Origin: Octopus bimaculoides
Taxonomy: Eukaryota
Reading direction: 5' to 3'
NCBI RefSeq assembly: GCF_001194135.2
Contig: NC_068990.1
Span: 12,566,960 to 12,620,226 of the forward strand
DNA length: 53,267 nt
Both the position numbers and the translations under genes were made by a program. Positions 36,523 to 48,460 of the stretch are shown one piece after another. The notes beneath the pieces are model-generated. The model was not told where the DNA came from, did not search any database, and was given only the letters and a program-made list of their open reading frames with translations. The first letter of the stretch is position 1. Every line of letters begins with the position of its first letter.

Positions 36523-38913
36523 NNNNNNNNNNNNNNNNNNNNNNNNNNNNNNNNNNNNNNNNNNNNNNNNNNNNNNNNNNNNNNNNNNNNNNNNNNNNNN
36601 NNNNNNNNNNNNNNNNNNNNNNNNNNNNNNNNNNNNNNNNNNNNNNNNNNNNNNNNNNNNNNNNNNNNNNNNNNNNNNNNNNNNNNNNNNNNNNNNNNNN
36701 NNNNNNNNNNNNNNNNNNNNNNNNNNNNNNNNNNNNNNNNNNNNNNNNNNNNNNNNNNNNNNNNNNNNNNNNNNNNNNNNNNNNNNNNNNNNNNNNNNNN
36801 NNNNNNNNNNNNNNNNNNNNNNNNNNNNNNNNNNNNNNNNNNNNNNNNNNNNNNNNNNNNNNNNNNNNNNNNNNNNNNNNNNNNNNNNNNNNNNNNNNNN
36901 NNNNNNNNNNNNNNNNNNNNNNNNNNNNNNNNNNNNNNNNNNNNNNNNNNNNNNNNNNNNNNNNNNNNNNNNNNNNNNNNNNNNNNNNNNNNNNNNNNNN
37001 NNNNNNNNNNNNNNNNNNNNNNNNNNNNNNNNNNNNNNNNNNNNNNNNNNNNNNNNNNNNNNNNNNNNNNNNNNNNNNNNNNNNNNNNNNNNNNNNNNNN
37101 NNNNNNNNNNNNNNNNNNNNNNNNNNNNNNNNNNNNNNNNNNNNNNNNNNNNNNNNNNNNNNNNNNNNNNNNNNNNNNNNNNNNNNNNNNNNNNNNNNNN
37201 NNNNNNNNNNNNNNNNNNNNNNNNNNNNNNNNNNNNNNNNNNNNNNNNNNNNNNNNNNNNNNNNNNNNNNNNNNNNNNNNNNNNNNNNNNNNNNNNNNNN
37301 NNNNNNNNNNNNNNNNNNNNNNNNNNNNNNNNNNNNNNNNNNNNNATATATATATATATATACATATATATATATGTGTGTGTGTGTATGCATGTATATT
37401 GACACATGTGTGTGTGTGTGGTGGGGTTATGTGTGTACACATAACCCCACCACACACACTAAAAGTATATAAATATACTAGAAGTTGATCTAGGTTTTCT
37501 CAGGAAACAAGGCACTCATTAGTTTTCAAATATTTTCCCAATTTTTCCTTTCTCGTCATTTTTCTATCTTCACTATTGTATACACTCATCCCATGCAGTG
37601 AATGATTCCTCATGGTATTTCTGTATAGATTTATTATTTCAAATACATTTTCTGAATTATAATAACAGGTAAATTGTTATCTTTTTTATTTATTGAAGTT
37701 TTATCTATGATTTATCAACCCACCATAGAAAAAGAAAATTACACACGCCAATGCACTGTAGCCATGTTATATCATTCAATATCTTCAATACACACACACA
37801 TAAAATAACTGGACTGCAGTTTTGTTTAGTCCATAGATGATTGTTGCCAGTACATATCAATGCAATAAAACTTATCAAGGTTGTGAGAAATATAGACAGC
37901 CATGCAACTTGTTCATTGCAGAGAAGCTTCACATAATCTCTATTTTGTTTTTTAAATTTTATAATCAGGGAGGAAGGCAGAGTCTATGGCCCTTCATAGA
38001 GCCTTGAGACTAGTGGAAGTAAGGGAGGAAGATGTCCTTAAATTGGAAACTTGGCCCAAATGCATGAAACAGAGTAGACTCTGCTAAAGCACCCAAAGTG
38101 CCAGGTGGTGGGTTAAACCAGACAACATATTAAGTCTCCTGCTCATGTATGCCATGGCAGGATTTGAATTTGAAATGCAAAGAGGTGGAACAAATGCTGA
38201 AAGGAATCCTACTGGATTGGTATATTTTCATTAACCCCACAAAATGATGAAAAACAAAGTTTTCCTCAGCAAGATCTGAGCTCAGAACACTGAATGTCTG
38301 AACAAATGCTGTATAGTATTCTATCATAAGTTAACTACTCTGCCAGTTGCCCACCAGTCATAAATGAAAACCAATGAGTTAAATTTCGTTTACCGACACA
38401 CAACCAAGTTCTTTCTTGAGTATTTTTCAGTAAAGGCTACCATAACTCACACACATTACATGATAGCTGACACCTATCAGTTTAAACCGCAAAACCTACT
38501 TAAGTTATCTGATTACTTTCAAACTTGCTCAAGTGTTATTTTCAACTGATTAAACACAATTATAATGTATGCGTATAATCTCTGTAATTTAGTCTCACAT
38601 AAATTATTGCATAATGAACATTGGACTTCACTTCCAACATGAAGTTGTATTCAGCATTCTTGTTGTTTAGTACCACAAAGTAAGCAAAATAACAACTATG
38701 ATAGGTGCAGGTGTGTCTGTGTGGTAAGAAGTTTGCTTCTTAACCACACTGTTCCATGTTCAGTCCCATTGCATGGCACTTTGAGCAAGTGTGTCTTCTA
38801 CCTTTGTGAGTGGATTTGGTAGATGGAAACTAAAAGGAGCATATCATATATGTGTGCATGTGTGATGAACTCTCCTGAGTGCATTCACGTGTATGTGTGT
38901 GTGTGTGTGTGTA

Positions 38914-40154
38914 CAGGGTGCATAAGATATTTGAGGACAGATTTATGTTTATTCTAAAAAAACTGAATTATAATAACAGATAATATCTTTATTTATCACA
39001 AAATGCTATGAGGATTGAAATAAACCATCTTTTCTATAATGTTATTCAATAAAGCCACCTTCAGCTGCAACAACTGCTTCTATATGAGATCTAAATCATC
39101 TACATGCTCGAATCAAGTGGTCCTGGTTCATTTTTGACATTACTCAGACAATGACACCTTTCAAAAAATTTTCGGTGTTATTGGCATGTTCATTGACCTC
39201 TCTCTCAACAACACTCCACATGGATTGAGATCTGGGGAATTAGGAGGCCAAATGTTAGGGGTTATATAATCATGAAAAATTTCAACCATCCATTCCGTTG
39301 TTACTAGAGCTGTGTGTGATAGTGCAGAATCTTACTGAAACACATATGGCCTTCCATTGCATACACTGTCTATCCAAGGCTTAACAATTATTTCCAGGAC
39401 CTCAATGTAGGTGGCAAAGTTAACTTTAAGGCCTTATGGAAAGATGTAAGGAGGCATTACATGTCTTTCATTGCTGACAACCCCTAAAACCATAACCGTT
39501 GCAGGAAATTTCGAATGCATAACATTTGAAACTTCAGCAGGGTCTGCGCATAACCATGTGTCATTTCTTCTGTTAACTTTTGGATCTCAGTCGAAGTTTT
39601 TCTTGCTTGAGAAAAACCAAATCAAAACTTCTGCTGGAATTTTTAGTTCGTTTATGAGAATTTTAGATCTGATGTAGAGATTTTCTTTTGCTTTTTCTGT
39701 CAAATTGATCTTTCCTCCTCATATAAGTCATACACCTGATGTCTTCGTGGACAACGTTCCTGACTGTTCCTTCTGATACATGGAGATCTTTTGCAACTGA
39801 CCTCATGGACTTTCTGGGAGGACTGTTGAACTTGTTGGATAAATTCAGGTGTTCCGATGATTCCAGAGTGTTTAGAATGCTTTTTATGCTTTGATACTGG
39901 TGATACGTTTCCATCTTAAGTCTCTAGCTCCTTACAAACTTTGTAGACGAAAGATCTGGCAACTTTTACAAATCGAGATATTTCTAAATTGCTATGCTCA
40001 GCCTTTATAACCACAATAACATCATGCCTCTTCATTCCTTGAGTAAGCTGAGGGTCTGCCATTATCATTTTCTGTAACAAAGATTATACAGAGTTAGCAA
40101 AAAATGTAGCAATGACTCAAAAATAGTATGTCCACAAATACCTTATGAACCCAA
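38914..40154 (-). mobile_element. Full-length, inactivated Tc1/mariner transposon of the DD37D (maT) type
   Basis: Imperfect ~26-bp TIRs: CAGGGTGCATAAGATATTTGAGGACA at 38914-38939 and TGTCCACAAATACCTTATGAACCCAA at 40129-40154. TA on both flanks; 1241 bp; internal transposase relic. Confidence 0.9.
39042..40068 (-). pseudogene. DD37D/maT transposase pseudogene
   Basis: MIMADPQLTQGMKRHDVIV...; PRKSMRSVAKDLHVSEGTVRNVVHEDI (HTH); WFFSSKKNFD*DPKVNRRND; KFPATVMVLGVVS; YVFQ*DSALSHTA...WPPNSPDLNP; WSVVEREVN...IEAVVAAEGGFIE*. It has several stops and frameshifts, and the LDY segment after PDLNP is deleted. Confidence 0.9.
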
Positions 40155-40162
40155 TATATAAT

Positions 40163-40221
<59 letters not shown>

Positions 40222-40325
40222 ATGTAATCTTGAGAATTTTCCTCTTACATAATATTTTTGCTTCATCTATTTGAAAATGTTTTCTCTGTTCTTCAATAAA
40301 TGCCAATGTTTTGTCTTTATTTCAG

Positions 40326-40540
40326 GTGCTCCCATGATTACCTTGATATTTATGCTGAATTGCAAAGTGATTCTGATAGTCTTCTAGATGCTTCCTTGAC
40401 AGGTCGCTTCTGTGGAGATGTTCTTAAAAATCTCCCGCGACTTGTAATTTCATCAAGAAATGTTCTCATGCTCGGCTTCTATACTGATGACTACAAAGCC
40501 GATAAGGGATTTTCTGTATCCTACGAATTTATTGATGGCA
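40326..40540 (+). CDS. Internal coding exon, C-terminal half of the same CUB domain
   Basis: Acceptor tttatttcag|G, donor A|gtaagt, 215 bp, phase 2 to phase 1. AT from the upstream exon plus G gives ATG, so the frame is continuous. Translation CSHDYLDIYAELQSDSDSLLDASLTGRFCGDVLKNLPRLVISSRNVLMLGFYTDDYKADKGFSVSYEFIDG contains C..DYL.I, G.FCG, S..N.L.L.F.TD and GF...Y motifs. Confidence 0.94.
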
Positions 40541-42268
40541 GTAAGTATCATTTGCATTTATTGTAGTTTTCCAGAATTTTTCAAATATAATTTTAGTAAT
40601 CTTCACTGGAACTCTATTTTTATACAATAAATATAATTGATAATTCAGCAAAGTGAAAATAAACTATGCTAAATAAAAAAAATAAAAAATGAAATTATCA
40701 TATAATCATATGAGGATTATTCCAGAGGGTTTGGAAACTGAAATGCTATGTATTATGCAATATGAATTTGTGTCTTAGAGATTCCCGTACTTTATTTCTT
40801 ATTTGTTGTTTTAGTTGCCTGTTCCCTAACTTAGTATATAATTTTACAAATGTTTGATTATATATATATTAATATAAATTAGAACTAACATGCTATCTTA
40901 AAGATAGCATTTTGACAGCTACACCCACACACACTCTTATATATTTGTACTACAGATTTATAGAGATGCATACTTATACATGGATATAGGTACAGTATTT
41001 CTTGTGTGTACTGTTAGATGAAAAACTGCTACTGGTTGGTTTTCAGCCTCCTATAGAACATCTGAACATTTGATGTGTGTAATGTGTTTCTCTGATGAAT
41101 AGCTGTAGTTCAATACCCAAAGGATGCAAATGACCACAATATTAAAATGTATGTCAGGAACAAATGTTATACTCTGCATCTTGTGTTTATTATTTCTCCA
41201 CCATATATATCATCATCATCATCAACATTGTTGTTTAACATCCGCTTTCCATGCTGGCTTAGTGCTTAGAGTATTCGGTTCATGATCGTAAGGTTATGAG
41301 TTCGATTCCTGGCGGTGCCTGTGTCCTTGAGCAAGACACTTTATTTCACGTTGCTCCAGTCCACTCAGCTGACAAAAATGAGTAGTACCATGTGGCTGAT
41401 AAGCAAGCTACTTCCACACAGCCACTCCTACACCTGCGCGCGCGCGCGTGTGTGTTTGTGCGTGCAACAAGCTTCTTCAGTTTTTGTTTACCAAATCCAT
41501 AGGACTATAGTAAAAAAACGCTGCCCAAGGTTCCGCACAGTGGGACTGAACTCTGAACCATGTGGTCAGGAAGCAAGCTTATTGCAACACAGCCACACAA
41601 GATTAATAAATAATACAGGAAATATTTACAAACAGCAGCACAAGTAATCATTAGAAATAATTTAGAAGGGCATTCATTCCATTCTCAGAATGTCAACATC
41701 TCTTCATATCACAAGGATCAAAAGTGTAATAAACCTTTCTTCCAGCCAATGGGAAGGATTAAAAGCTAGAGAATTTATAACTGTAGTCTTTCTTAATATC
41801 TTGTCTTTCACAGATGTTTGGATACCATTTTATGCTTTTATACACAGATATTCCTGTCAGAGATCATACATTAGAACTGAAGATAGCATTCTGTTTTTAC
41901 TGATAACATCAAGGCTGCTTTTTTTTTTTATTTAATCTGACTTCACTTACCTTTGATATTCTTTATAATCCAGCATATTAACTGTTTAGCCACAGTATCA
42001 CATCACGATATTAAAGCTTTGGCAGCTTTTCCTTTTAGTTGTGAAGGAATATCAACATTTGTACTTGCCTGCTTTTGTGTATAATAGTATTAGGATAGCC
42101 TCTAGGATTTAATACAATGCTTTATTAAGATGGTTCATCGTTTTGTAAAGTTGAAGGATGGCCAGTTGTTGTTGTCTATCTCCAGGTCAGCCTGAAGATC
42201 AAATACAATCCGTCCATGACCATCACATCTATTTTCATTTCAAACAAATTATTATGAAAACTTTTTCA

Positions 42269-42910
42269 GGCACAGGAGTGGTTGTGTAGTAAGTATCTTG
42301 CTTACCAACCACATGGTTTCAGGTTCAGTCCCACTGCGTGGCACCTTGGGCAAGTGTCTTCTACTATAGCCTCGGGCCGACCAAAGTCTTGTGAGTGGAT
42401 TTGGTAGATGGAAACTGAAAGAAGCCTGTTGTNNNNNNNNNNNNNNNNNNNNNNNNNNNNNNNNNNNNNNNNNNNNNNNNNNNNNNNNNNNNNNNNNNNN
42501 NNNNNNNNNNNNNNNNNNNNNNNNNNNNNNNNNNNNNNNNNNNNNNNNNNNNNNNNNNNNNNNNNNNNNNNNNNNNNNNNNNNNNNNNNNNNNNNNNNNN
42601 NNNNNNNNNNNNNNNNNNNNNNNNNNNNNNNNNNNNNNNNNNNNNNNNNNNNNNNNNNNNNNNNNNNNATATGTATGTATGTATGTGTGTGTGTATATGT
42701 TTGTGCATCTGTGTTTGTCCCCCAACATCACTTGACAACCGATGCTGGTGTGTTTACATCCCCGTAACTTAGCGGTTCAGCAAAAGAGACCGATAGAATA
42801 AGTACTAGACTTACAAAGAATAAGTCCTGGGGTCCATTTGCTCGACTAAAGGCGGTGATCCAGCATAGCCGCAGTCAAATGACTGAAACAAGTAAAAGAG
42901 TAAAAGAGTA
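42269..42910 (+). mobile_element. SINE family B, full-length copy with an assembly gap at its internal microsatellite
   Basis: Same head, body and tail as 27683-28067. The N run 42433-42668 replaces the internal (TA/TG)n. Confidence 0.9.
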
Positions 42911-43240
42911 TTATCGAATGTTAGCTCCTTTTTTAATATGGTTTGATGTGATATGAGGTAAACTTGGTAACTATATCCAGGAAGCCAAGTGACTATATAG
43001 AGGCACTCCTACCTCCATGTCAGAAAGATCAGAGTGGCCAGCTGACAGAAATGGTAGAGCTTATGTCTAAATGCTACATATGGTTCTTATCATATCCTGA
43101 GCTTTTGTAAAAGGACAATAGAGATCAAATCTTTTCAGTGTGAAACTTATCTTTTAGTTTTCAGGGTTTGGTCAGTATGACTAATGCCTCTACATGAGTT
43201 AAGCTATCTGGATTATACATTCATACAATGCTGTGGTTGA

Positions 43241-43448
43241 CCCTTTAACATTTAGATTTCTCTGTCAAATGTAATGCTTATTAATTTATTTTGAATCTAT
43301 CATATATTATCCTTGAGATTTAAATCACGTGATTCTTTATTCTGAGAATGACATTGTAGGGTAGATGCGAGAGGCCTGATTTGGCTAGTTTGAACATAAA
43401 ACAGGTAGAATATTTCGGCTGGATATAGCTGGCTTAAATACTAAAGGG
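43241..43448 (+). mobile_element. piggyBac-type MITE (orientation arbitrary)
   Basis: Flanks TTGA (43237-40) and TTAA (43449-52). Termini CCCTTTAACATTTA ... TAAATACTAAAGGG; 208 bp. Confidence 0.75.
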
Positions 43449-46400
43449 TTAATTGAATACCATATTCCCTAGCATACAAGTCAATTTTTCAAGCCAAAAT
43501 TTACAGTAAAAAAAAAAGTAGGTCAACTTGTAAACCAAAACAGCTTTGGAGGATCAAACTCCTATGTAAGATGCAGCAGGATTTGGAAAGATAGTAACAA
43601 TGTTTGAATGTCCATGCTACATGTTAACACTATATACTATGTCGATCTGTATGCAAGAAAATGCAGTACAGGTAGTATATTGTTAATTAAAATAACTGTC
43701 TATACATCTTAGCTTCATTGGAATTGGTTTCTTATCTAATCAAAAATATATAACATAGCCAGGGTGTTTATATAATTTGTTTACCTGGGAATATTTTTGT
43801 AGATCATTCCTTAAACATGCTAAAAGAGATTGTAATTTGTTATCAATTTTCTTTCTAGTTATCTCTAAATAATGATGTGGAAGCAATTTAATATCTGTTT
43901 TCCTGGGGAAAGAAAAATAAAACTTTCGCAATATTGAGATCGTTATGTCTATATATATGCAAAGTACAATTTTTGAATTACTTTAGCCTAGTAAATTTAT
44001 AACAGTGGTTAATTGGAAATATTTCTTTTCAGTTTTTGTTTTCTTGTTCTACTCTTTACACACACAAACCATCATCATCGTCATCATTTTAACGTCCACT
44101 TTTCAATGATTGCATGGGTTAGATAGAGTTTATTGAGGCAGGTTTCTACAGCTGGATGCCATTCTTGCTGCTAAACTTTACCTGTTTCTGAGCAATTTAC
44201 TCTGTTTTTGAGTATTCCCAGAATACTCAAAATGTATGACACAACTTATATGGACAGTGATACTCATTTTACAACTCTCATTTGATGTGATGACAAGAAG
44301 ACACAGGCACACACACATACATATATACGTTGGGCTTCTTTCAGTTTCCATCTACCAAATCCATTCACAAGACATTGGTTGGCTCAAGGCTACAGTAGAA
44401 GACACTCACCCAAGGTACTATACAGTGGGACGGAACCCAGAACCATGTGGTTAGGAAGCAAGCTTCTTACCACACAGCTGTGTCTGCACCTATTTATGAT
44501 TATTTTAATTAATGTTAATGCATATATTATGATTTTTATGAGGCATCTACTACTTTAGGTATTGCTAAATGTTCATGTGTGTTTATTTTGGAAAATCTCC
44601 TTACATTTTTCATCTTTCTTTTACTCTCCCCCACCTTTATTTGGTCTCCAACTCCAACATAACCAAATGCACCATCAAGTTTGTTTCCTGTTTTACCTTC
44701 ACAGCCACATTTTTTAACTCCTATCACCTCTAATCCATATATTTTTTCAATCGCATTCAAATTCATTTGTCTTGAACTGCAATCTCTTAGGAAATATTAA
44801 TATTCAACATTTGTCTATTACTAAGTTTAATCTTAGTTATTTCACAAAAGCCTAAACATACTTAATTATTTTAAAAATTAAAATACAAAATTTATATACC
44901 TTTCCCTTTTTAGAAATATCACAAAAGGGTCAAAATTTTATATTTTTGAAGTTTATAATCATTTCTTTTCTTCAGTTACACAATGTTAAGGCTGGGAAAA
45001 AATATAATTTAGTAAGAAATAAAATATCAAATACTGCCAAATAGTATGTTGCTGGTAGCAAGGGTATACAAAACAAATATTGTGCACTTCAGCCAACAAG
45101 ATAGGATCTCAGTGAGAACAGCTGCAACAAGACTCTGCAAACAAATGCAGAGCAGACTTCCTGCAGATATCTGATCAATTCAAGAGATGGCCATTTCCTG
45201 CCAGCTTTGTTTTAACAGAGTTATTACAAAAAGTCAGGACCAGTCTCTCTCTCACTGTTGTCAGTTTGATTTTACAATAAGATTAAACCATGGCTCTCAA
45301 CAATAATTGTATTTGGATCAAGTCAACAAAGAAACACCTACATGGTTACTAGACAGCTAGAAATAATAACAAAATCGCCCTCAAACCACTTTCTAGTGTT
45401 TTAAATATAAAAGAAAAAAGAACATGAGATACTTTTATTCCATATATGCTCCTAAAAAATATGACAGGTTGGCCATAAATGGAATACATTTGATCATCGG
45501 TCTGTTCAGTTATATCTGGCAACAACTAGAGTATTCGGTGTATGTAAAAGGATTAATAACTGACACAGTAGCCCAAATGAGGATTGTCCTTAAAGTACTG
45601 TTCATAGTGAAGCTTTATAATCAATACTCTGGTATTTTATCATGATTTGGAATATGCCCTTTCACAGACAGTTCTGTAATTATAAGAAATAAACAAAAGC
45701 AAAAACATACTCAAATCTGAAAGAAGATTGGTTTCTAAGCATAGTGATGGATATTTTGCTACTGGTTATATTTTACATTCAATACAAAGTTGCTGATTAA
45801 GTACTATATTAGCAGGTCACTTTTCTGTTTTTCTGTTTTTGTTTTTCCACCTTACCGCAGGTCTCAGTCTTGCATTATTTGTAAATTTTTATATCTGTGC
45901 TCTTGTTATCAACTGGTACAGAAAATGAAACTACGTCTAGGGATAACTAATCTTTGATTTTGATTTTTGATACACATTCTTTTTTTGTGACAGCATTAGT
46001 TGAGTGGTTTGTTTCTGTTATTTTTCATTTTACTTTTTGGAGCAGTTTTATAGATGAATACCTGTCCTCCTGTTAAAAGCCTGTACTTTTTAAGTAGGAG
46101 CAGAGCCTGCATTTCATCAGTCTAGAACAAACAAGAGTTTCAACATAATACTTAGTTTGATCTCATCTCTGTATGTTTAATAATCCAGTCATTGTGTCTC
46201 TTTATGTAATACATACTTTTAAATATATATCAATACCATATGAACACACATAAGCAAGCACTCTCATAAATAGTATGCAACAAAATTAGGGAACAAATCA
46301 ATGATTTGGGTATTGATTTTCTCTGTAGGCTTTGTTTCACTAATATCAGAGTTCAGATTATAAATTCTTTTGTATTCATAGTTTTTAAGATATCTTACAC

Positions 46401-47165
46401 GTTGTAAGACACACAACAATATGTTGACTGAGTAAATATGCTAATTTCTATCATGAAATGTAATTACTTTGATTCATTAAGTTTTATAAACTTAAAAATC
46501 TTCTTTATTGTAACATTAAAAACAATATTGATCACCCAATTTCTATCTTTAATTTCTTTTTTCATTTGTCAAGATGGAGAATTTATCAATAAACAAGATC
46601 ATAGAGTGCTTACTGTTATTCATTAAGTCTTTCCCTAACAGCTCATTATTACAAGATTCCACATGAAATTACAAAGTAATGGCTATTAAATTGAAGAAAA
46701 TTTGTTTTTAATTTTAAGGTAAACTTAGAAATCTTTTTATGCAAACTTCAATCATGCTAAGAAACAGATATATAATAGTCAGATGTGTCCAGCTGTAGTT
46801 TGTTCTCACTATTAAAACTGGTTTTGGTAAGAAGTGGTATGGGTGGTTTGCTTGATATTTAATGGCAACTAAAATTATTCTTCAGTCTTTTATTCTTTTA
46901 TTGGTTTCCATCAGTTGTAGCCATTCTGAGGTGCTATTTTCAAAGATTTTTTTTTTTACCTAGTCATACCAACTATAATACTTAGTCTAGTGCCTGTTTC
47001 ATCAGTGTCTATATATAGTTTAACTTGGTTCAAAGACTGCTTTATACTCCTGAGTCTCCTTTGGCATGGTTTCTCAACAAGTTTCCCTTCCTGGTGCCAA
47101 CCAAATTACAGTGCATCCTGGATGCTTTTCTTTTTGCCACCAGCATTAGAGAGGTTGTCATGCAA

Positions 47166-47274
47166 CTCTCTCTCTTTTTTTTTCTCTCTTTCTCTTTTTT
47201 CTCTCTCTTTCTCTTTTTTCTCTCTTTCTCTTTTTTCTCTCTCTCTCTCTCTCTCTCTCTTTTCTCTCTCTCTC
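47166..47274. repeat. (CT)n/T-rich polypyrimidine microsatellite
   Basis: Direct reading. Confidence 0.95.
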
Positions 47275-47312
47275 GCATACACACATATTCAATAGGCTTA
47301 CATACAGTTTCT

Positions 47313-47531
47313 TATTTCTTTATTGCCCACAAAGGGCTAAACATAGAGGGGACAAACAAGGACAGACAGTGCGTAATGACCCCAGTGCATAACTGGTACT
47401 TAATTTATCGACCCTGAGAGGATGACAGGCAAAGCTGACCTTGGCGGAATTTGAACTCAGAACGTAGCAGCAGACAAAAAAACCACTAAGCATTTCGCCT
47501 GGCGTGCTAACATTTCTGCCAGCTCGCCGCT
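47313..47531 (-). mobile_element. SINE family D with a 15-bp target-site duplication
   Basis: Minus strand reads GCGGCGAGCTGGCAGAA...GAGTTCAAATTCCGCCAAGGTCAGCTTTGCCTGTCATCC...GGGTCGATAAATTAAGTACCAG...(AAGAAAT)n. TSD TTACATACAGTTTCT at 47298-47312 and 47532-47546. Confidence 0.9.
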
Positions 47532-48427
47532 TTACATACAGTTTCTGTCTACCAAATTTCACTCTAAAGGAATTAGTTAACCAGAGATTATAGTAGACAC
47601 TTGCTCAAAGTAGCACACAGTAAGACTGATCTAGAAGCCACATGGCTACAAAACAAACTCCTTAATCATACAGCCATTCCTAACCGTTTTAAATAAAGCC
47701 ACTGATTCCAGTTAGTTTATTTGCAACATTTGCAATAACAACATATCGCAGGATCTCATAAAACTGGAAAATATCACATGCTGTAAATGATTCTACTAGA
47801 GCCATCATAAATATTTTGAAGCCCATATTCCGAACAAAGTTATGAAATGAAAGCAATTCCTTCATATGAAATTGATTGAGGGAAAACTGCAGTTTGCAAA
47901 CAGTTGACAGCTGCAAATCCAATATCTTTTTAATGATCAATAATAATCCAATAATTGACTGAATATTATATAAAGCCTCATATTTAACTTTTATTGAATC
48001 TGTTACCTCTAAAGACTTATGGTGGTTGTTGTTGTCATTGTTGTTGTTTAGTTCTAGATCAGCTTCATTGAGTGGACCCAGGATCAAAGGTACTCCAGCC
48101 GTGACAATAAAGCCTCAGGCATTGTTTATCTAGGGTTATGTTATTCAGTGTGTCTGTTCTTTTATCTAAAGTGTTAAAATGAGATTTGAGGAGAATCGAT
48201 TACGGTGCTATTTCTAACAGACTGAGAGACTAAGCATATGGTTTCTTATTGGCTTGAAGTGCTTTAAGTTTGTTCACTTGATATTGCTTGGTTGGTGTAT
48301 TTGCTTTGCTTAGAATTTGCTCCAGATGAGCTGTGGTCCCCATTTTCTTTTTTAACAATCTTGAAGCTAATTAACTAAAAACAAAACTTCAATTAATAAT
48401 GGCTAAGGTTCTAACTTCAAGATGACA

Positions 48428-48460
<33 letters not shown>

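Larger units (their letters stand above)
25207..40325 (+). other. GT-AG phase-2 intron (15,119 bp including gaps) splitting the CUB domain
   Basis: gtaagt at 25207 and cag ending at 40325. The phases match and the joined protein is a contiguous CUB domain. An extra exon hidden in an N gap cannot be excluded but is not needed. Confidence 0.85.

Noticed and set aside
47689-48087. 132-aa minus-strand ORF
   Set aside because: No recognisable motif or convincing splice context; its start overlaps a degenerate repeat and a (GTT)n tract.
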